A DNA stretch of 64,000 bases from Tubiluchus corallicola (GCA_030141605.1 JAQGDQ010000608.1:62001-126000); one strand, 5' to 3'; shown: positions 48,101 to 63,100, counted from the stretch's first letter. The notes: a model not told the origin generated them from the letters alone. Translations and numbers: made by a program.

Positions 48101-51100
48101 ATCATTAGCACTAAATATAATGCCATATTTAGCACTAAATAGTAATACGACCAATCATTGCACTAAATAGTAATACACCATCATTAGCACTAAATAGTAA
48201 TACGACCATATCATTAGCACTAAATAGTAATACGACCATATCATTAGCACTAAATAGTAATACAATCATATCATTAGCACTAAATAGTAATACGACCATA
48301 TCATTAGCACTAAATAGTAATACGACCATATCATTAGCACTAAATAGTAATACGACCATATCATTAGCACTAAATAGTAATACGACCATATCATTAGCAC
48401 TAAATAGTAATACGACCATATCATTAGCACTAAATAGTAATACGACCATATCATTAGCACTAAATAGTAATACGACCATATCATTAGCACTAAATAGTAA
48501 TATAACCATATCATTAGCACTAAATAGTAATACGACCATATCATTAGCACTAAATAGTAATACGACCATATCATTAGCACTAAATAGTAATACAATCATA
48601 TCATTAGCACTAAATAGTAATACGACCATATCATTAGCACTAAATAGTAATACGACCATATCATTAGCACTAAAAACAACACAAAAAAACCCAACAACAC
48701 AAAAAAACACCAACAACACAAAAAAACAACAACAACACAAAAAAACACCAAAAACACAAAAAAACACCAAAAACACAAAAAAACAACAACAACACAAAAA
48801 AACACCAACAACACAAAAAAACAACAACAACACAAAAAAACACCAAAATTAGCACTAAATAGTAATACGACCATATCATTAGCACTAAATAGTAATACGA
48901 CCATATCATTAGCACTAAATAGTAATACGACCATATCATTAGCACTAAATAGTAATACGACCATATCATTAGCCTAAATAGTAATACGACCATATCATTA
49001 GCACTAAAAAAACACCAACAACACAAAAAAAAACCAACAACACAAAAAAACAACCAACCAACACAAAAAAAAACCAACAACACAAAAAAACAACCAACCA
49101 ACACAAAAAAACCCCAACAAACAAAAAAACAACACAACACAAAAAAACAACAACCAACACAAAAAAACAACAACCAACACAAAAAAACAACAACACACAA
49201 AAAAACAACAACCAACACAAAAAAACAACAACACACTAGTAATACAATCATATCGTTAGCACTAAATAGTAATACAATCATATCAACACAAAAAAACAAC
49301 AACTTAGCACTAAATAGTAATACAATCATATCGTTAGCACTAAATAGTAATACAATCATATCGTTAGCACTAAATAGTAATACAATCATATCGTTAGCGC
49401 TAAATAGTAATACAATCATATCGTTAGCACTAAATAGTAATACAATCATATCATTAGCACTAAACTGTAATACCGCAATATCATTAACACCTAGCTTTAA
49501 TGTTTTCTGAACAAATTTTCTGATCATAGATAGCTACGTGCAGTATATAAAATTCTGTGTATGATTCCTATGACAATAGCACATAATTTCAGCTGTTACT
49601 TCAGATTCGTCGGATGAAGACCACCTGCCCACATCGTGTGGCAGTGATTTCTGCACCTGGAGGAAACATTTTGTGGAAGCCATGCATCTGAGAGAGAAGA
49701 CAGATAACGAGAGGAAGGTATGAAAGTTAAAAGCTGCAATGAATATTGATTTTACTTCATAAATGTAAGTTGATGTATGAATCTGAGAGATTTCGCCTTG
49801 ACGACTTGGTGTCACGTACACGCTTACATATTATCTATAATACAACGTGCAAACTCGTTTATGTTTACAAACTAAACGTTATTTTTAGCCTTTAATGGTT
49901 TCATCTAAATCAGCAGTTCCTAACCTTTTACTACCCAAGTACCCTTTAGAAACTCAGCAACCTGCCACGTACCCTTAACATTTTTTAGCAATATGAGTTT
50001 CAAGAATGCGTTTTTACCACTATGATTTAACTATACAAATGTGATTTAATTATACAAGCAAAACAGATAGGCGAAACATCAAGTTCGAGAGCAAAATGCA
50101 AGAAAAAGACGGTCGGATGTCAGATCAGAAGAGGACAGAAGAGGAACTTGCAGTCGAACTGTGAAGTAGCCTCAATGGCCGCCTTGTTGGGGCGGGCTTT
50201 TCTGAAAATCACCAACCTCGCCTAGCGCTAACGCATATGCTGTGCCAAACGTCTATTTTACATATTAAATTAACCCCGTTGTAATGCCAGGTAGTGCACA
50301 GCGAATTACCCGAAAAATGCTATTTGTTGCAAAAACAACGACCTTTTAAAATGCAAACAATCGTGATGTTTAAGGATTTAAATCTTGTAATACTCTCTTT
50401 CCTCACACCATGAGGCCGTTACTCCCGTAAAATTCATACTCCGTACATGTAGTACGCTGTACTGCAAAAAAGAACATTCTGACATGTTACACGACCCAAC
50501 TTTCGCTAACCCTGGCTTAGCTGTAGCCTTAGCATTGTGTAAAGTGAGAAAATGCAAGGATTCCATTTATTTGTACTAAAACACCGCAGTTTAGTCAGTG
50601 GGTAACACGTATTTTGTTCTCGATTAATTGAATTACTGTTCAATCGCCGATTGTATCGATTTAAACATGGCTGTAATCTCGGTTAATTCGATTAATCTAT
50701 TAATCGCCCATCACTAGATATGAGTTTTGCAGAATTGAGTTACAAGCGTTTTTAGGTAACTTACTGCATTAAACTATTTCTAACTCATGCCCCGGGTTAT
50801 TTAATCGCTGATCTAAATTACATAAGTTCAATTTCGATTTTTAGGCCTTGGCCGAGAAGCTTAACAACCTAAAGAGGGCCATTTCGAAAAAAGAGAACAC
50901 GCTACAGTCCACTCGAATGATTCTCAAGTTTCGAGACAGCCGCATCGGTCAGTTGGAGAAAAAACTCAAGGACAGGGGAAACATGGACGCTGATAATCAT
51001 ATTGTAAGTAACAAATTTAAAGTAGTAGTGATGATTTCCGTTTTAGTTTTTTATCAAAAAAGATTTAAGCGAGGTCTTCATTTCTCTCTCAGTATTCATT

Positions 51101-54100
51101 AAAGCGATTAAAGAATATGTTATTTTGACCTACAGTTTAACATTGCATCCAACCGGTCACATAAAAGAATTATTACCACACAAACACAATTTCACGTTCG
51201 CGCCACTAGTTCTTTGCTGTTACATGCATTCGCCATTCGCTAGTTTGGCGAGCACTAGCATCTGCAGTTCGGAAACGCATTGGAAAAAAGCAGGTGCTGC
51301 ACCTTTCAGTTCAGTTGTGTTACTTTATGACGAACTTCACACTTTCGACAGCTCAGGTGAGCACAGTGGTGAATTTGAAATTTCACTTTTTATCTTAAAA
51401 CATGCCTAGTTTCAGTGCAACACACTGAATATCTTACAGTAGCACTGCACTTTAATTTTCGCTTTCACAAACACGTGCAACACGCCCGTGGAATATTTTT
51501 GCTCTTGAAAATTATGTTAGTTTGTGATGTAATGAATAGCTGGGCTCGCCCGCTATTACGTTTTTAATTTATAATTCAATTATTAGAAACACTTTTGCGG
51601 TATTACCGGCGTTAGATCGTATACTTTCTTTCTGATTTGAAAATGGGGTAGTATATGGAAAATCATACTGTCCTCCTTTGAAGCTGTTTTATGCCTGAAA
51701 TTAGAGCACAAATGATTTCAGATTTACTTAGATTTATCAATTTTTACCTTGCATTTCACTTTTAACCGAGTTTTCGATTCGATGACACTTGAGATGAGAG
51801 AAAACTTTAACGTACATAGTGTATTGTGTGCGCTTGCATTAACGATGTCGAAGTTGGTGCATCTAGCCAATTAAGCAGCAGCGCAAAGTTATCGGAAAAT
51901 CAATTTTTTTAAACGCAGCAGTAGTAGGCTGTTTTTTCAGTTTTGCATAGATTTTCACGAATCACGTGTTGGCGTGATATTTGCGTAATAATCGTTTGTG
52001 CGCTAACGAAAATGAAGAGCGTGTGAGATAGAATAGTAATATTCAAGTGGTTTAACAACACTATCACGAGTTTACAACCCGCATGTATGCGAAAATCAAT
52101 GGTACCCGCATTTCTGAAATATATGTAGTATATTAAAGGTCTATATAACCCCAACAAACGCTGAAGTCTTTTTAACGCATTACTATGATTTCACAAAGAA
52201 TTCATAGTTACTATTCAACAAAAGAGACTTATGAATTCAATAGCTTACCTTTTTCTGGCGAATTTCGAATGTGTGCATTGTCCGTAAAGATCATGCCATG
52301 TTTTGCGTTTTTGGCGCGAGTGAGCGAGAATGACGTACGAGGTACAGAAAGCATCTTTGGTTACCGACGTTTGTTTACTGATCTTTGCTGACTTCGTGAC
52401 TGTACTCATAACGTCTTTCGTCTTGCTCAACAAAAAATTGACCAGACGCTTTATTCTTTTGGTAATGCATCCGCTCTCCATCTGGGAGGTCGTGAGTTCG
52501 ATACAGCAGCCAGGTCATACCAGAGACTTGAAAAATGGTACCGCCTGTTGCCCTACCTGGTGCGTGGTATTTCTGGTAAAAGTGGGGTAATACTAGTCTC
52601 TGTTATGTAGTTGTAGGTTGTTATTTACAGTCAGTGATAATAGCTCTTTGAGCTAATGTTAATTGTTGATCCAAAAGCCGACTTTTAATAGAGATTATTA
52701 TTGTTATTCAAATTTAATACCGCTAACAACGAAGTGATAAAAAATTCAAAACAAACAAGTTTTACAGTAAGTTTATAATAAAATAAATTGAATTTTTGTA
52801 ATGAGAGTAGGATTTTAAGTTGTAAAAGCTTATAGTGAGAGTTCGGGTTGATTTTAAGTAACTAATATGCATTTATGGTTAAGCCTCCTCAGCTAAGATA
52901 TTTTATGAGGAATTGTTTTAATCTTTAATTCTTTTGACAGACGGCTTTGAAAGAGGAAGTGAAATTGCTAACATCTCAACTGGAGCAACATCCAATGTTG
53001 ACAAAATATGCCATAGAAAACAACGAACTGAAACGCGAGATTGAAGAAATACAGAAGAGCACATCTTACCAACAGTCTGTTCTCTACGATTCAGCAAAAA
53101 CCGAACAGCTTCTGAAACTTCTGAGGGACTTACTGGCATCAGATGAGAACGGTGAGTCGTTGTCCAGCTGAACGGTGAGTTGTTGTCCAGCTGAACGGTG
53201 AGTCGTTGTTGTCCAGCTGAACAGTGAGTTGTTGTCCAGCTGAACGGTGAGTTGTTGTCCAGCTGAACGATGAGTTGTTGTCCAGCTGAACTGTGAGTTG
53301 TTGTCCAGCTGAACAGTGAGTTGTTGTCCAGCTGAACGGTGAGTTGTTGTCCAGCTGAACTGTGAGTTGTTGTCCAGCTGAACGGTGAGTTGTTGTCCAG
53401 CTGAATGGTGAGTTGTTGTCCAGCTGAACTGTGAGTTGTTGTCCACCTGAACGGTGAGTTGTTGTCCAGCTGAACGGTGAGTTATTGTCCAGCTGAACTG
53501 TGAGTTGTTGTCCAGCTGAATGGTGAGTTGTTGTCCAGCTGAACGGTGAGTTACTGTCCAGCTGAACTGTGAGTTGTTGTCCAGCTGAACTGTGAGTTGT
53601 TGTCCAGCTGAACTGTGAGTTGTTGTCCAGCTGAACGGTGAGTTGTTGTCCAGCTGAACGGTGAGTTGTTGTCCAGCTGAACGGTGAGTTGTTGTCCAGC
53701 TGAACTGTGAGTTGTTGTCTCGCTGAACGGTGAGTTGTTGTCCAGCTGTTTCAGTTTGCCCGTAAACATTTGGCACAGGGCAAACAGAACTTTGCAGACC
53801 AGTAAAACATCTAATGCCACGAGTTTGCCCAAGTTAACATTTCGACTTCATAAATCAGTTTTAAAAGCCTTGTTTGAAAACGTTTGTGAATTCAGACCCA
53901 ATCGAATTAAATTCACATCGTTTTATTGTCGTGATGTATTATTATTTTCGTACGTTAGTTTTTTTCTGGACTTACCCATTACAGGTAATCTTCGACTTAC
54001 CACCTGTGTGACTCATGACTATTCGTCTTTACGACCTTAATTAAGTAATTAATTAATTATACAAAACCAAATATAACTCATATTTATTTCTATTTCTTTA

Positions 54101-57100
54101 AACAAGTAAACTTTAAATCACTATATGTGTCGATAAATTCATCGTAGGTGTCACCATACATAGTGGCTGTACACACATAACATCTTGCGTGTGTGCACGT
54201 CAGATGTTGTTGTTGTTGGCATCCTTCTGTCTCGGAAGACAATGGAGTGTGCACCAAGAGAGTCAGTTATTGATCACATTGATGGAGCTCCAGCGTCGAC
54301 TGTGGTTGAGCAGTCCGATCCTTGAACCACTGGAGTGGCCTCTCCAGGGCGCACGCCTGGGCAAGGTGTATGGAGATCCTGATTTGCCCAGACAACAGGA
54401 ACCCCTTCTCTTCCTCCCTGGTGTAGTCTATAGGAAAACAGAGCGATACGTTTGGCACCAGGTTGGCTGCAGGAGCTGCCGGAGTCAGTGAGCATGCTGC
54501 ACTGGTCTGCCTTTGGGGCTCCACTCCTGATTTGGAAGGTTTACTCCTCTACACATGGCCGTTGGGTCAGTTGACCTCCTGCTCCCTCTAGCCGTTGGCT
54601 GCTTGTGCAGCTCCTCCGCGTTGTGTGTGCCAGTGAGATACAGTGTGGGCCAGATGTATTCTGTAGCTAACAGCACAGCGTATTCCCATGCACGACCGAC
54701 AAACCTGGCACTACATTGTTCACTTAGATGAAGTACTTGAGACCACACTGAACTGAACTTAACTAACCTGCTAGTAGCTTGTGCTGTAGTTTCATTTGTT
54801 AATGACTCAGGCCTGTTGTGTTATTGTGTGGTCTCTTGTATCGGTTCTCCTACACAGTCATTTTGTAGTACATCGCGTTGGTAGAAGTACACTGAACTGC
54901 GGGTTTAGACTTCAAATTTGTTTATTTTATGATAAATAGCTTTTCTCATTTGACTCTTCCAACCATAAGACTTTGATAAGAGATATGAACGGTAAGAGAT
55001 AACCTTTTCCAATTAGCCGAATCTTGAAGCACCACAGACAGAGTGCATGAAAGACATAGTGTTTACAGAGTGACTGCCCAAAACTTACTATTTCTGTGTC
55101 AGCTTTTTCATTACCTTTTCAACAACAAAACACTTCACTGAATCAGGAAGCTTTTTTAACTAGGTGACATTCATGAAGTAACACTTGGTACAAGCATTTA
55201 CTAAGTCAATGTCCCAGTAGTGATGGTTTGTACAAAACAAGAAGCAGGAAATACTTCAGAAAAAAACAGAGAAATCAGTAACCCTATAACAGTTGAATTA
55301 CAATCGTTTTAGAAACTAATCAGCTTTTTAGCATTTTCACGGTATTATGAATAAATTTATGCCTGCTCCATGTAAACACCATTAAAAGTTGTGAGGATTT
55401 TTCCTGAATTTCAAGCACCAGGTGGCAGTAGTATAAGGCAGGTAAAACGTGTGAGCGTAGCACTGACGTAGCAAAGCTTAATGTGTGAATTGAGGCGCTA
55501 ATTTTGGTATTGTGTTTGCCAAATATTTGTATTTTTTCTTTGTCTTAGTGCTACATGTATTTCATCTTTGAGCCAACTATATGATGCAAGTAATTAAGAA
55601 AATTACACCACTCCTTTTTTGAACTTCTAAATTTGCAATCACACGTCAGAAAACGTGCTGTAATACTTTAGCTATTTTTACTATTTAATTAGCTAAGTAT
55701 TTTGCATTTTCATTACCTTTTCAACAACAAAACACTTCACTGAATCAGGAAGCTTTTTTAACTAGGTGACATTCATGAAGTAACACTTGGTACAAGCATT
55801 TACTAAGTCAATGTCCCAGTAGTGATGGTTTGTACAAAACAAGAAACAGGAAATACTTCAGAAAAAAACAGAGAAATCAGTAACCCTATAACAGTTGAAT
55901 TACAATCGTTTTAGAAACTAATCAGCTTTTTAGCATTTTCACGGTATTATGAATAAATTTATGCCTGCTCCATGTAAACACCATTAAAAGTTGTGAGGAT
56001 CTTTCCTGAATTTCAAGCACCAGGTGGCAGTAGTATAAGGCAGGTAAAACGTGTGAGCGTAGCACTGACGTAGCAAAGCTTAATGTGTGAATTGAGGCGC
56101 TAATTTTGGTATTGTGTTTGCCAAATATTTGTATTTTTTCTTTGTCTTAGTGCTACATGTATTTCATCTTTGAGCCAACTGTATGCTGCTATGATGCAAG
56201 TAATTAAGAAAATTACACCACTCCTTTTTTGAACTTCTAAATTTGCAATCACACGTCAGAAAACGTGCTGTAATACTTTAGCTATTTTTACTATTTAATT
56301 AGCTAAGTATTTTGCATTTGAGTATTTTTTGCTACATTTGAATATTTTGTTTCGACTTATTAGACTCAAACTTTAAGTATGCTTTTCTTAATTTGCAGAT
56401 TAAATGGTAATACTACAAAAAAGTAGTTACAAAAGTTGTTGGTAGGCCATATACTAAAAACGAATCAAATGACATCATAGGGCACTCATAAAGCATAAGC
56501 TTACTAGGTCTAAACAAGAATGATGAGTAATTTGTCAGAGTCTCATAGTCACAATAAAATCAAAATGTTACTGTTTTATGTAAAAGGATGCAGTACTGAG
56601 ATGCTTCGTATTCGCAAAAATGCTAAGATGCATCTGGGAGGCGGCATGCTAATGTATATGGGAGCCAATGTGCTAAATGAATAGTTTCGTTTGTCGCTAA
56701 TTTTGCATCTGTTTTCATCCTACTAGGTGATGGATTACCACAGCATCTCTGTGGAAGACCTAATATGGACAAAACTTTAGAGCAGTACAAAACGCGAGTA
56801 ACAGAATTGCAATCAGAGATACACGAAGTAAGTAGAATACATACGTAAGTATAAATAAAATACAATATAAAACACAATACAAAATTTATTTCATTTTTCA
56901 CTATGAAAATGTTTCTGGGGTTAGTCACTTGCAAAATAACTCTATGAAGCGGTCTGTTTCGCTGTGACTCCAGTTGCATTCTCGTTCTCGTTGTTCATAT
57001 AATAAGTTTCTAACCAGTGTTTATATTGCGGTTTACTCTGTACTCTAAATTTTTAGGAAGAAACGTAAAAATCTGTTTTTTCGTAATTTATAATTAGAGT

Positions 57101-60100
57101 ATTTTTTGCTTGTTTAGCTGAAAGCAAAACTGAGCAGTCAAACAGAAGAAGGCGAAAAAAAGAAAGTCGATTTTGAATCAGAACTCCTGTCATATAAAAA
57201 TACAATCGAAGAATACAAAAGGATGCTAGAATCCAACAGGATTAAGCATCGAATCGAGTGCTCAACGATGAACACAATCTACCGTAACACGATAAAGGTA
57301 AGTGCTCGACATTGGACACAATCTACCGTAACACGATAAAGGTAAGTGCTCGACCATGAACACAATCTACCGTAACACGATAAAGGTAAGTGCTCGACCA
57401 TGAACACAATCTACCGTAACACGATAAAGGTAAGTGCTCGACCATGAACACAATCTACCGTAACACGATAAAGGTAAGTGCTCGACCATGAACACAATCT
57501 ACCGTAACACGATAAAGGTAAGTGCTCGACCATGAACACAATCTACCGTAACACGATAATGGTAAGTGCTCGACCATGAACACAATCTACCGTAACACGA
57601 TAAAGGTAAGTGCTCGACCATGAACACAATCTACCGTAACACGATAAAGGTAAGTGCTCGACCATGAACACAATCTACCGTAACACGATAAAGGTAAGTG
57701 CTCGACCATGAACACAATCTACCGTAACACGATAATGGTAAGTGCTCAACGATGAACACAATCTACCGTAACACGATAAAGGTAAGTGCTCGACAATGAA
57801 CACAATCTACCGTAACACGATAAAGGTAAGTGCTCGACCATGAACACAATCTACCGTAACACGATAAAGGTAAGTGTTCGACCATGAACACAATCTACCG
57901 TAACACGATAAAGGTAAGTGTTCGACCATGAACACAATCTACCGTAACACAATAAAGGTAAGAGCTCGACAATGAACACAATCTACCGTAACACGATAAA
58001 GGTAAGTGCTCGACCATGAACACAATCTACCGTAACACGATAAAGGTAAGTGTTCGACCATGAACACAATCTACCGTAACACAATAAAGGTAAGCGCTCG
58101 ACAATGAACACAATCTACCGTAACACAATAAAGGTAAGTGCTCGACCATGAACACAATCTACCGTAACACGATAAAGGTAAGTGCTCGACAATGAACACA
58201 ATCTACCGTAACACGATAAAGGTAAGTGCTCGACCATGAACACAATCTACCGTAACACAATAAAGGTAAGTGCTCGACCATGAACACAATCTACCGTAAC
58301 ACGATAAAGGTAAGTGCTCGACAATGAACACAATCTACCGTAACACAATAAAGGTAAGCGCTCGACAATGGACACAATCTACCGTAACACAATAAAAGTG
58401 AGCGCTCGACAATGAACACAATCTACCGTAACACAATAAAGGTAAGCGCTCGGCAATGAACACAATCTACCGTAACACGATAAAGGTAAGTGCTCGACAT
58501 TGGACACAATCTACCGTAACACGATAAAGGTAAGTGCTCGACAATGAATACAATCTACCGTAACACGATAAAGGTAAGCGCTCAACGATGAAGACAATCT
58601 ACCGTAACACAAAGGTAAGCGCTCGACAATGAACACAATCTACCGTAACACAATAAAGGTAAGCTCTCGACAATGAACACAATCTACCGTAACACTATGA
58701 AGGTAAGCGCTCGACAATGAACACAATCTACCGTAACACGATAAAGGTAAGTGCTCGACCATGAACACAATCTACCGTAACACGATAAAGGTAAGCGCTC
58801 GACAATGAACACAATCTACCGTAACACGATAAAGGTAAGCGCTCGACAATGAGCACAATCTACCGTAACACAATAAAGGTAAGCGCTCGACGATGAACAC
58901 AATCTACCGTAACACGATAAAGGTGAGCGCTCGACAATGGACACAATCTACCGTAACACGATAAAGGTAAGCGCTCGACGATGAACACAATCTACCGTAA
59001 CACGATAAAGGTAAGCGCTCAACGATGAACACAATCTACCGTAACACGATAAAGGTAAGCGCTCAACGATGAACACAATCTACAACAGTCTTTCCCTGTT
59101 GCATTTCGCCGTGCGTTAGTTAGATGGTCACTAGCGCTTGCATTTCGCAAACATGTTGCATGAGGAATATGTGCTGTACCTGTCAGTTCAGACCTGTTCG
59201 TTTGTAACATAATACACACATTCGAGAGCTCAGGCGTGAGCACAGCGGTAAATTTAAAATTTCGATTTTTATCTTAAAATTAGCCGAGTTTTTGTATATT
59301 ACACTGGATATTGTACAGTAGTACTGTAGCTTAATTTTCGCTTTTGCAAACACGTGCAACGCACTCATGGAGTATTTGTGTTGTTGAAAATTGTGTTAAT
59401 TTGTGACGTCATGACTAACTGGGTTCGCCAGGCGTTAGTTAAATATAACTATCATAAATGCTTTGACATTATTATATGTGTTAAAAATGTGTACAAAATT
59501 GGGTAGGATATGAAAAATTGTTCTGTTTTGCTTTAAAACTGTTGTATACGGATCACGCATTACCCGTACATGAAGTCATACCCATACCTTTTTAACTCAC
59601 AATCTTGCAGATCTGTGAAACGTTAAACTTTTGATTTCAGGTAATGACCACGCCCACAAAACCACCGGGAGTGCGAGACTGCATTTCCGCTTTGCCCGGA
59701 TCCTCGCCTTCCACGCCGATCCGGTTCAGTCTGGGTCGAGAGAGTTTAGATAACGAAGCTTGGATCATGGATCAGCAGCTTCCGCCAGAAATGGGCGATG
59801 CGTTGGTTGATGAAGTAAAAAAACTTCAGGTAAAAGATTTCCAGACTCGTGCGACTTGTTTTTAAAGCGCAGTCGGTTGGATATTTTTGTGTTTTTGTTC
59901 CGTAAACAATTGAAATTTTACATTTGCAGGATTTAAACAACCAACTTCAGGAACAGATGCAGGAACAGGAGGCAACGATGGTGACCTTGAAACAGGAAAA
60001 TACTAAACTTTCTAGTCAGGTGTCGCAGCTGGAACAGGTATCAGTCAGTGAATTTAGAGCTTCGTAAAAATTATGTAAAGAAAGCCAAAAAAGTTTTTGT

Positions 60101-63100
60101 TTTATGTGAAATTTTTGTAATGCAAAATCTGTTTTGGTTGTTGCCTGGCAACAGCTTTTGGTAAAGCAGTAAAGCAGTGCATTCTGATTTTGCTAGTAAT
60201 CTTAATGTTTGAACGCAGTTGCTGCATGATGATAGGACAAAGTGGTGGTCTAGAGAGAGTGAACTGCAAGAGCAACTCAAGTCTACGACTACAGACCGTG
60301 ACGCGCTGCAAGTTAACGTTAAAGGTATTTTGAATTAAGAATATATACATTAATATACTATATTATATACATTAGGAATTATTTTATCACTTACTTGTAA
60401 CCTTGCTTGTCAAATTGCAGTTCTTTTTGTGCAAGCTTACCACATCTAGTTAACCTACCTGCAAATCTCGTGTCTTTTTAACAATAGTTTACAAATGATA
60501 TGTGTGAAAGTCATGTTTGAGGTTGTAGTTGAACACTTTGTAGTAAAAGAATAAAACACTAAACTTCATATCTGCACAAAACTGAAAAGCGTTTCTTAGA
60601 TTACATACACATATGAACACTGAGAACAAGAGTGACCTGTACTGGTCACTGAGAGTTAGACAGTAGCACGACTGCTGCACTGCACTGAGATTCAGACAGT
60701 AAGTAACACGAGTATCACGACTGCTGCACTGCACTGAGAGTGAGACAGTGACTAGAAAGTAAAATCCAGTCAGTATATATAGGTATAGGTATTATGCAAA
60801 CTTGGCTTCACAAAAACCATTACTGTAAAATAGGGAGAGATCCAGTGAATATGCATATTCACTGGATCGTACAATTATACTAGGGGTGAGTTTAGCTAGT
60901 AAAATGTAAAAGGATTAGTCAATAGATGGCAGCACCTAAAATATACAGTTACAATTTCCACAATATGAAACAAATGATTTTTTGGTATTATTCAGCTTTG
61001 CAAGACGAGGTGGGAGATTTGAAGATTCTTCTGAATTCTGCCGACAAGGAATTGTCAAGTTGCAAGACGACGCAATCCCAGAAAAGCGAAGAAACCGACA
61101 AGATTTTAGCTGAAATGGACGGAAAGGTAGCAGACATTTTATACCTCTTCTCCCGATAAAGTTGAAAAAAGTGGCATTTTTGAACAGATTGTTTTATGAC
61201 GTTTAATAATTTATGGTGTAAATCAAGGTGCATTTCTTATGCACCTGCTAAGTCAGTAAAATATGTGATTTTGTCTTTTTTAAATTTATTTACATCCTTC
61301 GTAGACATTTTAATCTAGGACTCCATGTACATGTAATGTGTACTGAGTGATTTGTGATCCATAATGCGCAATGTGTATTGACTGTTTCCATGTGTCCATA
61401 ACCGCTACATGTATTAACAAAGCTAACGGTGCTGCTTTTTCACATTTTTGGTCCGCTATTCATGAAAATTGCAAGCAATAATTTTTGGAAACCATGTCTC
61501 TCTCGAAATTCAAGTGTGATAATTACAGCTGCGGCATTAGCTTATTATTGTGCTATTAGACGGAAAAGAAAATACAGGTTTTGGGTGCACAGCATTTTGT
61601 AGGGGAGAGAACAATATGGCAGCTATCATCATTTAGTGAAAGAACTGCAGTTAGATGGAACTACATGCTTCTTCCACCTCTCAAAAACTCAAACCGAAAA
61701 AAAATTCTTGTTTGTGGGTCCTAAAGTGAGCAAAATTCACCTAACTAGAATTTTCAGAAAGCTAAACATCGAAAATGGTCACCAAAAAGTTGAAAACTCG
61801 CTATAATCACCTAGGCAACAGCGGTTTCCCGCCTGCGTATTGCTACGTGTGATGCGTATTCGGACGATAGCGGTCACGTTCAAATGGATACAGATCGTGC
61901 ATCATGCGTATGCGTATACATGGAAATACTTCTACAAGTTTAAATACAAGCTGTTGTGTACGCATTACGGATCACACATTACGTATACATGGAAACACTT
62001 CTACAAGTTTAAATACAAGCTGTTGTGTACGCGTTACGGATCACACATTACGTATACATGGAAATACTTCTACAAGTTTAAATACAAGCTGTTGTGTACG
62101 CGTTACGGATCACACATTACGTATACATGGAAATACTTCTACAAGTTTAAATACAAGCTGTTGTGTACGCATTACGGATCACACATTACGTATACATGGA
62201 AATACTTCTACAAGTTTAAATACAAGCTGTTGTGTACGCGTTACGGATCACACATTACGTATACATGGAAATACTTCTACAAGTTTAAATACAAGCTGTT
62301 GTGTACGCGTTACGGATCACACATTACGTACACATGGAAATACTTCTACAAGTTTAAATACAAGCTGTTGTGTACGCATTACGGATCACACATTACGTAT
62401 ACATGGAAATACTTCTACAAGTTTAAATACAAGCTGTTGTGTACGCGTTACGGATCACACATTACGTATACATGGAAATACTTCTACAAGTTTAAATACA
62501 AGCTGTTGTGTACGCGTTACGGATCACACATTACGTATACATGGAAATACTTCTACAAGTTTAAATACAAGCTGTTGTGTACGCGTTACGCATCATACAT
62601 TACGTACACATGGAAATACTTCTACAAGTTTAAATACAAGCTGTTGTGTACACGTTACGGATCACGCATTACGTACACATGGAGTCATACTTTTAGTGTG
62701 AATTTTTTTACCAATTATTATAATTATGATGCAATACAGTTTTTACACTCTTATCTTGTCTTTTGAAGCTTCTGTCACTTAATGTTGAACTGGAATCAGC
62801 GCGAAGAGAAAAAGAGACAGTTGAAGCAAAGAATACGATCTTGACTGTAAGTGTGAAACGATCATTTGATTTCAACATTAACTATGATGTTGTAAGAAAC
62901 GTTAGCATCTTTGAAAGAATAAACATAATTAAATTAACTATTACTGCTCCACTATTCAACTATCATCATTACAAGATTTAAAAAAAAACCTTAAAGCATA
63001 GCTTTTTAGGTAGTATTATGAATTTTTTAATTTTACAATGACTTTTAAAGTCTTGTAAGATTAGTGCTGTTTACAATTAATGTAATTTTATCATTTTGGT

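Noticed and set aside
57257-59083. CRISPR-like appearance of regular repeats (also 8039-8667, 36389-37020, 61913-62683)
   Set aside because: Head-to-tail units without unique spacers, no cas genes, eukaryotic intronic context.
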